A stretch of 64,000 bases of DNA from Phallusia mammillata (Eukaryota). Shown piece after piece: positions 41,848 through 53,179 of the stretch. The translations under genes and the position numbers were made by a program. The notes beneath the pieces are model-generated. The model did no database searches, had not been told where the DNA came from, and saw nothing but the letters and a program-made list of their open reading frames with translations. The stretch covers positions 23,622,001 to 23,686,000 of the forward strand of contig OZ281494.1 of NCBI GenBank assembly GCA_965637545.1, written 5' to 3'. Every line of letters starts with the position of its first letter. Position 1 is the first letter of the stretch.

Positions 41848-44640
41848 CTGCCCAAATGCGATTATAACTTAACATGTTTAATTTAACACAGTTATTTAAA
41901 TCAAACAGGCATATTTATTACCTTCATAAAAACCGCATTATTAAAAGTATTATCAAACTCTCTGACGCCCCTTTTAATTTTGGCTATTCCCAAGAAATGT
42001 TCGTACCCAGCAGTAGCTCGACACTACATATTGCAAAGTGAAACATATGTTATAACTGTGATCGGCACGCGTTTTGATAATGTAAATTTTTGTAGAAGTA
42101 TGTTTCATAGCGCTGAGGCGAATTTTCCGATCGAATTTCATCCATCTTAGCTTTTGGCGGAAAAACAGGATAGACTGATTGTTCCAATACCACGGGTGAT
42201 TGGTTCTTTGTCTGCACCAGACTTTATTGTCTGCACTTGCAATGAAATATGATACCAATTAAAAATTATGGCTGGCAAAGATCGTGCATGATCTATAGGC
42301 AGTAGGGCAAAATAAAAACCGACTGTCAAATAACAGTATCGCATACATATTTTGTAGTTCTGGGTTTATTTTTAGTGGTTTGCATTATTTAGCCGTTGCA
42401 TAAATAACGGAAGCAAGCTTCAATCAGAAATTACTCATTTTGGTATATATTTTCATTGTTTCAGACACGTATTTCGCCTGTAGGCGATCACCGACAACAG
42501 CTGATGGCTGACACTGAGATTTAAATCGCTTACTTTTTTATGAATATTATTGGTACACGGTCAGTGGGCAAAAAGGTATCTTTTTTTCACACACACGCTC
42601 GCGCGCCGGCGCATAGTTGGTTTGTTCTTTTATAGCCAGCGTAAAACGCCGGCGCGCGAGCGTACGCTTTCGACTCGGCTGCAAAGCGTGAGATTTCACC
42701 CACAAGGTGGCGCGGAGCTTGAAACCACGCTCGCGTTTTGCCGAACGCGCGAGCGCTGGCTAAATAAATTTGATTTAGCTCACGCCGGCAAGCCAGCGCA
42801 GTTTTGAATTGTGAACTTCTGATGTTCAGGAACTTTACTTGCTGGGCGAAATGTATATCATGTGTGTAATGTATAGTGATTTTAGGGCAGGAAATATATA
42901 TATGTAGTTCTATTTTTTTAAGTCAAGAAAACCGAAATACCAATTTGAATGTCCTTTATTGCAATGATGGCAGGCACTTGAACATCAACCATCGCACATC
43001 AATTGTGCACAGTTGCTTGTGGGGGCACGCACCCGTTAACTTTCCTGATAGCCTTTGTTCGTGTTTAATGAGTTTTTCGTATCCCGCTGCTCTAGTTCGT
43101 ATTCGTTTTGGTGCTCCCACGAAACGATTTCCTAGTTCTGAAGTAGCCTTACAGTTCAGCAAAATAAGACTTATCCACTATTCAGCATGGTTTTGTCAAT
43201 TTACAGCAATCAGGAATTGTTAAATTATGTTGTATGTGTTCAAGCCTACCCGCAAGACATGGTTAAAAATGATTTTGAAAGGTAATATATGTGGTAAGTT
43301 TGGTTATGCATTTTGGAAACTTGTAGGAATATAAAACTGACATTGCCTTGCATATGTGCAGGTGAAAATGTAAACACAGCCAAGGTTGTATTTAGGAGTT
43401 TAAAAAATATAAACGGAAAAAGGATAGCAAACATTGGTTTCTTTTATTTCTAAAAACTTTACAAAATACTTTTAACAGGAAAGCATGAAACACCAGTAAA
43501 AAGAGGTTCAGGCTAGGTCATCACTTTAAAAACTGGCTGATGCTGTAAAACATTGTGTTACCTATCTTGGAAACACTGCAAATGAAGGTATTTTTTAATT
43601 GTAAAAGTATAATTTCTGCCAATATACACATTTACAAACAGATAGACAAATGTTTACTCATCTGTTTGTTTTCAGATACAACTGATCAGTTTGTGCCACA
43701 CTGGCCTTTTCCCTAGAAAGATTTGATGGAAAGAAATATTGTAAATGGTTTACGAAGCAGAAAAAGACTGATTATATAATTGTTTTTAGTTCAACATGTT
43801 TTTGTGGTTTATGTTTAGGTGAATTAACTTTTTAGCAAGTTTTTAGCAATAACACATTTATTTGGAACTACCAAGTTTGCTTATTTCATGATGTCATGGT
43901 TTATAACTCTTGCAAATAAAACAAATTGGAGCATTTTTGAAGTATGTTTATTGGTAGCAAAACACATGTTGATTTTGCCAAAGGAAACTTCCTTAATCAC
44001 TGTTATAAGTATACCAGACAGAACTAAATTCAAATTATAATAAATAATAAGGATAGAAAGAATAACCTTTATCTATATTAACCGATATGGTACAGCCAAA
44101 CATTGACCATGTGAAAAGCACATGTAAAAGAGATCCCAGTGAAAGTGCGGCTGTGTGAGCCGGAGCGCCAGCGCGCGAGCTCGAGTTTTATGTCTGTGTG
44201 GACGTCACTGCGCCAGCGGGGCAGCTCGTGGGCGTACGCTGAGCTTGCGAGAAATCCTGTGTGGATCTAGCCTTAAACACGGTTGTCAACTTGTTGTACG
44301 AAACTTTAGCGTTTTTCACAAAACTTCTAATGGAGCGGTTCTCAAACTTATCAACTATTTTTGTCGTAACGGTTCCTTCGTCGAGCACTCGCGGTACAGG
44401 CTATAAAGCATATTTATAAAACTAAATACGTCTTTGCGAAACAAAACCTGGAGTTAACAAGCAAAAGGTAGTTTAGTAAAGTATTCCCAAAAAAACAAAC
44501 AATATGAATTTAGTTTAGTTTTGTAACATTACCTTGAGTGGCAATGACTTAAGGACAATTTATTAAGTCACTAACGAGATTAAAACAATGATTAAACTGC
44601 AAGCAAACAAATCAGAAATATAGCTTGGCGAACACCTGAA

Positions 44641-44857
44641 CAGTGGTCGGCAATCGTCAGTCTGCGAGAAGTTCGTTACCGGGTCGTATACTGTTTCAGG
44701 TAAAATACTTTGAAACATTTTGCCCATGTATCCCGGGGATGATAAACTAATTTAAGCGTGTTCGTTGCTAAATATTTGTGGTTTTTTGAAGGCCGGTCCG
44801 CGATAAAATTTCAGTTTCAAAAACAGTCCGCAGTGCAACAAAGGTTGCCGACCCCTG
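44641..44857. mobile_element. hAT MITE family copy 2
   Basis: TIRs CAGTGGTCGGCAATC / GGTTGCCGACCCCTG; interior colinear with copy 1; TSD degenerate. Confidence 0.75.
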
Positions 44858-45242
44858 CCCTAAGAGACATCATAGCCTTCCCCAGTTTGACGACTACATA
44901 GCCTAAGCAACTTTTCTGGCTAAGTAATAATTTTTTTTTTGATTTTTTATGTCAACTTAATTGCAGTTTTGTAAGCAAACCCATGACATATCACTCTCTT
45001 TACGTAACACTTTTTACTTTCTTTTATTATTTTGAAAAAATCAGGTGATAAACTCTTCGTTGATTTTGCCAAAATCCAATTTTTGAGGCATTTGTGACGA
45101 GAATTTCTGCAAAAAAATCGCAGGTTTTTAATTTGTTTTCTACTACATACGCAGATGTGTAAAAAAGTAGCCTATTTTAAAAATATCTTTAACTCAAATT
45201 TTACCTGAGTGTTCTTGTTTACCTGGTAGCTTGGCTTTACAT

Positions 45243-45779
45243 TTATTGAGATTCATCAATATCAAACATTTTTTCATCCAACTCATACATGGCTGCGAAT
45301 GAATGTAAGGGTAATTATTCTAGCAACTAGACCTAAATTCTCATGATTGACATCCATTGATAATAATGCACCACTACTGTATACGAGAAATGCCAATTTA
45401 ACCGACGATCCTTGAATGTGTGAGACTGATAGGAATTCGGCCCGGTTGCGCAAACCTTAATGTCACCAGGTTGTTGTTTTCATAAGGACTTGTTTAGCTC
45501 TTTGCAAAATGATTTTGTAACGATGTGAATTCTGCTGTGGTCTTATGATAAGAGCGCGGTGTCGAAGACCAAAATCTGACTGAAATCTTTACCGATAAAA
45601 TAGAGTGCAGTATTACCAATTTAAACCAAGGCCTTACGGTCATTTGCCATGTCTTGTTTTTTAAACTTGGCCCACCAGAACCACCAACACCTTCCTCCAG
45701 GTTTGCAAGCGGACTCTACTGGGTCGGATGCAAGGAGAACGAGTCCAAGAACAAGAGCAAGAAGCAAAAACTTATTCAT
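45243..45779 (-). CDS. Secreted Trp-rich disulfide-loop peptide precursor B (63 aa; absent from ORF track)
   Basis: join(45779-45638, 45292-45243): MNKFLLLALVLGLVLLASDPVES-ACKPGGRCWWFWWAKF-KK-QDMANDPMYELDEKMFDIDESQ*. Acceptor ttacag|ATG, phase-1 donor C|GTAAG, AATAAA overlapping the stop. Confidence 0.85.
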
Positions 45780-45961
45780 CTGTAAAAATCATTTAAAAAA
45801 TGATCCACATCAGGTTGTAAACTTATTCACTTTTCGTATATGGTGTTAAATTAAAATCCCAAACCAGCAACAACTATAGATGTGTTAAAATACTGTTTCG
45901 ACATGCAGTTAAAACATTATTTGCACTTACCTTCGAAGCTTCGTGGTTGTAGTGATTAGGC

Positions 45962-45967
45962 TTTATA
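45962..45967 (-). promoter_or_regulatory. Candidate TATA box of peptide gene B
   Basis: TATAAA ~31 nt upstream of donor AAG|GTAAGT at 45931/45930, implying a very short UTR exon. Confidence 0.45.
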
Positions 45968-48613
45968 TTAAAACAGTTCTTTTATCGCTAGCAGTCAAAA
46001 TATTTGTTGGTAAAAAAATTGTTTCGACTTTTTTATGCAGCAACAGTTCAGTTGGAAAATATGTAATGTCACGTTTTCAGACAGCATTTTGTTACCAACG
46101 TTTTTTTTTCTGTTTATACTTTAAATAACAGGAAGTTTTTATTGTTCACGATTTAACGGTGTAGGTTTGCTTAAACCTCATTCACTATCCGCTACGAGTG
46201 TGAGTTTGCTTCCGAGCGAGAAAAACGTCATATGGCACGCTTTTCCACTTTTTTGTTTTAAAATAAGTGTTGTAACGCCCATCCAAGCAAACCCCTAAAA
46301 CTGAAACTAAAATTACTCTTAATTCAGAACTTCATGTGGGAAATATGTACAATCATGGATATACGTAGGCCTATTTGTTTGTTATGTGTTATGCTTAAAA
46401 TTTAGTAATCTTGTTTTTTTTTCTACTCGAGTACAACAAGCACACAGCACTGGTACTGATCGATCATTTCCAACATTTATTGCACAAAAAATAGTAAAAA
46501 CGAGCAAATAGATGATTTTCAAAACCACATTTCATTTCATAATGTTGGCATCTAGCTGTAGCAATTAAAACATTGGTTGTGGCTTCTGCTTGCAAAACAC
46601 TTTATTTGTTATTTTTTATGCAGCGAACAATAGGAAGAAGTGAAAGGTCCCGGTTGCACTATTTTATGTTTGATCCTGCCAATGGAGCGTATGGAAATAT
46701 CATGTTGTAATATACATTGTTTCGAACTTCGCGATTTATTGACAAGGTGAAAAACGGGGAAACCTTAATGTTAATGCTTTTATCTATAATCTCTATTATT
46801 ATATAATAAAGCATAGGCCAGGTTGTTTTTCCGCACGCTGCGATCAAGTTCGTCAGTTTGTGCATCGACCACATCTTTATTCCTGTTGTTTGTGCCAGTA
46901 ACATGGTTTGGCCTATCTGGAATACAACAGGCTTCCTTCACTCACTCCAAAACGCAAAAAGGGGCGAAAAGGGTTTATTTCGCATTTATTGCGCCCGAAA
47001 ACAAATTATTAGTTTTTGCTGTTAGCAAGGCACGGGACTGAGAATTAAAGGCTGGCTGAATATTTTCGTTCCCTGTCATCCAGCAACGGTGACGATCCCA
47101 TACGTCTTTCCTTTTTTTAAGGAAAGTAACGTTTAAAGCTTTTTTGGTGTTAATGAACATAAAGTGAAAAACAGGAAAAGTTAATTGATCACGTTTTTCT
47201 CAATTGCTTCCTATGGTTTGTCGCAGCATTCCTCTGCCATGTGGTTAAGCCGAAAAGCTTTTTGCACTAATCCAGAGGTTCTTAAACTTTTGCGGTCGTG
47301 CCCTACTTGACACTATTTATTTAATCTCACGCCCCCTTAATAAATATTAGCACTGATAATGTTTGTCTTGTTTTTCGGACAACATACATCGTAGGTCCGC
47401 TTCAAGCAATTGTCAAGTTAGTTCCAATTGTTGGAAAGGCCACTTCAACACTGATTTAAGTTGCAAAAAAGAAGGCTTTAGCGCGCACAGAGCCACGTTG
47501 CCAATATTCTTGTTAACTACGCCTATGTCGCCCAGAAATTGTTGATGCACTAAAAGTCAAGGCAATCTCTGATGCGACATAAAGAACAAAAAAAATGTAC
47601 CGCCGACTAAAAAGCACAGGGGTCACCAAACTATGGCCCGCGCGTGATGTCATTTCATCCGGCTCGGGACCCAATTTTTGGTTTGCCAAATGGTATTGAT
47701 AACTTTGTTACATTCAAAAATTGATCTACTCGTTACGAAAGTTTACTGTCACGACATGTAGAGTTAATATTGCCGAACCTACTTTCATGGGATTGCAACG
47801 CCCAGAATTGACCCACCAAAGCCAGTTTTGTCACCTCACAGACAATGCACAAAGTGTTAATTTTGCGCAAACAATTGCCTTATTTTGTTACTTGTGACGT
47901 AATATACATGTATTGCTTGTTAGATGAGACTAACTGTACAATTTAACAGATTTTAAATGGATTTTTAGAACGACCATATCTTGGCGCCCATATAAAAATT
48001 ACCTACAATTGTTTTACGAAATACAATTGTTTAGAGGTGAAAACTTTGCAGCCAGATTGTTCTGCGCCCCCCTTGCGAACCCCTCACGCCCTTCTAGGGG
48101 GCGCGCCCCCCACTTTTGAGAACCCCTGCACTAATCAGTTGATTTATTGTTGGCTTTGTCAAAAATACATGTGTCTCACCCCACCTTAATTTAGTTTTTG
48201 CTACAAAACTCCCGAGCCTGATTGTTTTTGCTACAATGCTAAATTATTGGTAACGACTTACCCCCTGATCGTGATTTTAAAAACCGTTTCGAATTTTGTT
48301 TTGTTTTGCTTCATATAACATTTTGTTTGGATTGCCTTATATGTACATATATGCATCACTGGGTATAAAATTGATTTCTTTAAGTAATTGATTCTAACAG
48401 GCGTCATATTGGATGTTTTAGTTTTTGGAAAAAAGAAATACAACTTTTAATCTTTGTAACTTTTTATTTTTTGGGAAATGTTTTACCCACGATCACCGAT
48501 CGACATGTTTTCCTGCAAATATAAAAAACAAAGTTTGCGACAAAAACCTAAAAAAATGTGACATTTTAATAACAACTTCATTGTACATTACTTGGGGTTT
48601 GGACTCTCTTCCT

Positions 48614-49050
48614 TTACTCAATGTTGAGCATTTCCTCCTTTAGGAGATCTAAATCTGTGCAAAACAAAAATCGTGGGCATGTCAAACGAGAAGACATCTC
48701 ATAACGTTGTGCTGGATTCAAATAAAAGTTTTTAGATTGCTAAAGACTCGTTTGCATGTAGGAAGTAATTATTTTTAACTACGAATGTGGCATATACTAA
48801 AGCCAGAAAATGTCCTGTGAAATATTGTAAACTGAAATCACCGACTATGTGCACCACATATAGAATCTTTTCAAAGACAAACAGACAACATTAATTTACC
48901 TTCGTCAGATACGTCTGCTCTTTTAGCCCTGTTCCACCACCAATGACATCGACTTCCACAAGCGGAAGCTATTTTCTTTGCGGACTCGGCAGGGTTCGAG
49001 GCAGAGAGGACGAGTCCTAGAACAAAAAGGAGAACCAGAAGCTTATTCAT
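48614..49050 (-). CDS. Secreted Trp-rich disulfide-loop peptide precursor C (63 aa)
   Basis: join(49050-48900, 48654-48614): MNKLLVLLFVLGLVLSASNPAES-AKKIASACGSRCHWWWNRA-KR-ADVSDEDLDLLKEEMLNIE*. Confidence 0.88.
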
Positions 49051-49220
49051 CTGTAAAAGAATTGATACCAGTTGGTAGGTTTTATCTGTGAAAACTAAAA
49101 TCAATGGAAATAAAACGGTAAAACTAATCGACTTTAAACAAAACACACAAAAAACATTTGCTTACGTCGACTTTTGGTGCAAAGTTTGACTTTGTTGTGT
49201 AAATTAAGCTTGGTCTAGCC

Positions 49221-49227
49221 ATTTATA
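49221..49227 (-). promoter_or_regulatory. Candidate TATA box of peptide gene C
   Basis: TATAAAT ~55 nt upstream of a 5'-UTR exon donor GAC|GTAAGC at 49166/49165. Confidence 0.6.
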
Positions 49228-50536
49228 GTGTGATGAAGCATCTGTTAGCTGTGATCGTGCTTTGCATTACATCCGATCGTCCTACCCATCATCACTTCAG
49301 CCAAGCAACAAATTTGCTCATGCATGCCTGGAATAAAGTTTACTGTTAATAGCAAACAAAACAAGCCAACCAAGCTGAACGTTTTTAACTTTTTTACGCG
49401 ACAGGGGAAATATTGATGCACCGAAGCTACGGTTTAGCTTGACTCGCTTTTGGCCGAAAATTTGTTGCGATTTTGTCGAAACCGAACATTTTACAAACAT
49501 AACTTGTCTTTTGCTCCTAAATTCTTACCAGATAATCTTTCAAAATGCAAACAACTACACGTGTTTTTATTTTTGTTCACGGAAAGTCACTTTTGAAGCT
49601 TTTCGTTGTTGATGAACACAAAGTGAAAAACAGGAAAAGTTGATTGATCACGTTTTTCTCAATTGCTTCCTGTGGTTTGTCGCAGCATTTCTCTGCCATG
49701 TGGTTGAGCCAAAAAGCTTTTTGCACTAATCAGTTGCTTTGTCAAAAATACATGTGTCCAACCCCACTCTAATTTAGTTTTTGCTACAATACTAAATTAT
49801 TGGTAACGACTTGCCCCCCTAATCGTGATTTTAAACAATTGTTTGCGTCAGTTTAAACCCAATATACTATACCGATATACAAATCCCACGTTCTGGCGTA
49901 TACCAATTGCTGTGGAAAATCAGCTTATATTGTGTTGGCTAATTTTCTAATTTTCTTCTTTTGCCTGTTTTCAAAGTGCTTGTTATGCCTAAAAGTAAGT
50001 CTGGGCGTCTTGTAACTTTTGACCAAACGTTCGCTTTCTTTCAAATCCACAAATACTTGATAACGGAAATTGGTTAAGTTTAAAGCTTGCCTTAATGTTT
50101 TCAAACTTTAATTTTACTGCTAATCTGATATTAGTTGTTAATTTTACCATACCCCAATATTTATTTATTGCTCTATGAAAGCCAATCACTGTTTTTGTCC
50201 GGTTTGAAAAATTTTCTGTTTTGCTTCATAAGTTTATAACATTTTGTTTGGATTGCCTTTTATGTACATATATGTATCATTGGGTATGAATTAGATTCCC
50301 AAGTAATTTATACTTTCCGGTGACATATTGGATGCTATTTTTGGAAAAAAGTAACACAATTTTTGATCTTTGTAACGTTTTATTTTTTGGGAAATATTTT
50401 ACCCACAATTGCCAATCGACATGTTTTCCTGCAAATATATAAAAAACAAAGTTTGCGACAAAAACATTAAAAAATGAAATGTGACATTTCAACAACAACT
50501 TTACGGTACAGTACTTGGGGTTGGGTCTCTCTTCCT

Positions 50537-50974
50537 TTACTCAATGTCGAGCATTTCCTCCTCGAGGAAATCTAAATCTGTGCAAAACAAAAAATCGTGT
50601 GCATGTCAAACGAGAAGACATTTCATAACGTAAACTGGTGCAGGATTTAGATAAGAGTTTTTAGATTGACTACTTTGCATGTAGGAAGTGATTTTATTAA
50701 ACTACGGATAAGGCATAACTAAAGCGAGAAAATATTTTGTGAAATATTGTAAACTGAAATCACCGACTATGTGCACCACATGTAGAATCTTTTAAAGACA
50801 AACTGGCAACATTAATTTACCTTCGTCGGAAACATCTCCTCTTTTGCTCCAGTACCACCACCAACGACATCTATAACCTCCACAAACGGGAGCTATTTTC
50901 TTTGCGGACTCGGCAGGGTTCGAGGCAGAGAGGACGAGTCCTAGAACGAAAATGAGAACCAGAAGCTTATTCAT
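50537..50974 (-). CDS. Secreted Trp-rich disulfide-loop peptide precursor D (64 aa)
   Basis: join(50974-50821, 50577-50537): MNKLLVLIFVLGLVLSASNPAES-AKKIAPVCGGYRCRWWWYWS-KR-GDVSDEDLDFLEEEMLDIE*. Confidence 0.88.
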
Positions 50975-51078
50975 CTGTAAAAGAATGTACAACAGTTTAC
51001 AACATCGATTTTGAACAAAACAAAAAACATTACTTTACCTCGACCTTTGGTGCAGAGTTTGACTTTGTTTGCTAGCAG

Positions 51079-51084
51079 TTTATA
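51079..51084 (-). promoter_or_regulatory. Candidate TATA box of peptide gene D
   Basis: TATAAA in context homologous to gene C, upstream of donor GAG|GTAAAG at 51039/51038. Confidence 0.6.
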
Positions 51085-53179
51085 GTGGGATGAAACATCT
51101 GTTAGCTGTGATCGTGCTTTGCATTACATCCGATCTCCCTACCCATCATCACTTAAGCCAAGCAACAAGTTTGCTCATGCATGCCTGGAATAAAGTTTAC
51201 GGTTATTAGCAAACAATACAGAGCCAACCAAGCTGAAGGCTTTTAACTTCTTTACGCGACAGCAGAGAAAATATTGATACACCGAAGCTTCGGAATTTGT
51301 TTCACTGACCCAGCTATTTTTCAAAAGAGTCGTTTAGGGCCATTTTACAAACATAACTTGTCTTTTGCTCTCAAATTCTTATGACATAATCTTTTAAAAT
51401 GCAAAGAACGGCCATCGTCTCAACTAGCAAAACATATCTGATAATGTCAAAAGCGTAACTTTTAGATTCGCGTGATGTCTCAAATAACTCAAAACAAGCG
51501 AATATTCGATTTAGGCCCTTACAGTTGCACCGGCCAGCATGTAGTAGAATCGCTGAATTACTAATAACTTACTTGAAATGTACTTGAATATTTTTATTTT
51601 TATTCCTTTGCTTTGTTGGTGCGTTTAAAAGCGTATCGTTATTTTGCACACTAAAACATGTGATTCGTTCGACAAAGTCAATAGTTTGTCAACATCTAAG
51701 TAAAATCTTAGACATAACGTATTTTAAACTTAAAGTAACTGTAAGTGTTTTTGTTTTTAGAGTTTAAACAAATCCAAGAAGAAGTGAACTATCAGGATTT
51801 TTTACAAATGTAGCTTACCTACATATTATCTGCCAGCAATATTGGGGGAGTGGTCGCTTCTAGCTCTCTGTTTTAGGCCAGCAATAATGCCCAACTTGCA
51901 TCAAAGCTGTTTTCAGAACCGGATAGAAAAAAGCGGGAAACTTTGTAAGTCACGTGTTTCTGCTGTGGAAAGCGTGACTTTCGTACTTTACATACAGTAT
52001 GTCGATGAAAACGGGAAAAAACAGGAAAATTTGATCAATCACGATTTTTTGAATGTCTTCCTATATTTTCGAACAACATCCTACTTTCTTTAGCAGCAAG
52101 TACCTCAAGGCATCTTTACAACATGTGGTTACAAACCTGTTGACCCAACCAAGCATGGCAATGGCTGAATTGATTTCACACTAAATGAAACGTAGTTTAA
52201 AAACTGAAACCTTTTGTATGCAAGAAATCTCCAGCAAAGAAAGATTCTCGCTTCAAATCAGTTGAATATTTACACTGTTTAATAAATAATAATAATAAAA
52301 AACAGACAATCATGTATCTTTGTAGATATCCAAAAGACTCATTGGCGGCATTTTGAACCACATTTAAATACAAGTGAGTTGCGGTTGCATGATAATCCGA
52401 ATAGTGGCGCAAGAGCGCGGCTAAGTCATTGTTTGCCGTTTAGTCAAACGTTTTCCAAGTTGCGCGAAGCGAATTCCAAATTGTGGAAAACTGGGATTTA
52501 GTTTTGTCGACATATTGCTTGTCACAGCTAAGGTGGGTAGCTAAGTTTTTAAGTTATATGTTACATTCTGGCGAATCTGCACACCGCCTACATTCGTTTG
52601 TAAGGCGGCAGTATAGGATATGGATTGGTGAAATATTCAGCATGTCTGATTAAAACGCCTGTATTTTCGTATGTGAGCTCATTTGTCGTTGTAACTGTGG
52701 GTGAGACGTTTGCTGTACTTTGCCTCCCAACAGACATAGACATTTAACTTGTCCTTCTCTGCTCTACTTTTGCAATTATAACCCGAAGTGATTCACTGAG
52801 ATCACGTGATCGATATGGTTGAAATGGTGTTGGATGCCAGTTTGTTGGCAAGTCAAATTTACTTTTTATTTCTTTTTTGTTTAAAAGTTAAAGGAATTGT
52901 CTTTAAATTGAGTGAAACACTGTGTAAATGTCTTTTAAGATATCCGCTTAAATGTATTTTGCGCTTTTAATATATACAGCAGTCACAAACACAGTTGGTA
53001 AAAACGAATGGTAATTTTACAACAAAGCCGCCTATTTCACAAAACATTAGTAGCTTTCCTTGTTTCACATACCCAAACTTTTTGCCCACAGAAACGGCAC
53101 TTTTAATTTATCTTTCTTTTTAAAGCCCTTTACATGTTGAAAGTAAATAACCGGTTATGATATTCAGATTTCCAATCCT

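Larger units (their letters stand above)
48270..51400 (-). repeat. Recent tandem duplication of the peptide gene unit (C ~48270-49500, D ~50220-51400)
   Basis: Introns, 3' flank and promoter align closely between the copies. Flank 47140-47270 plus 48130-48290 also recurs at ~49600-49830. Boundaries are approximate. Confidence 0.85.

Noticed and set aside
45480-45590. Nearer acceptors (atttcag/tcag at ~45580) as last exon of peptide gene B
   Set aside because: They give non-acidic tails with no homology; the exon at 45292-45243 matches the paralog tails and ends at AATAAA.
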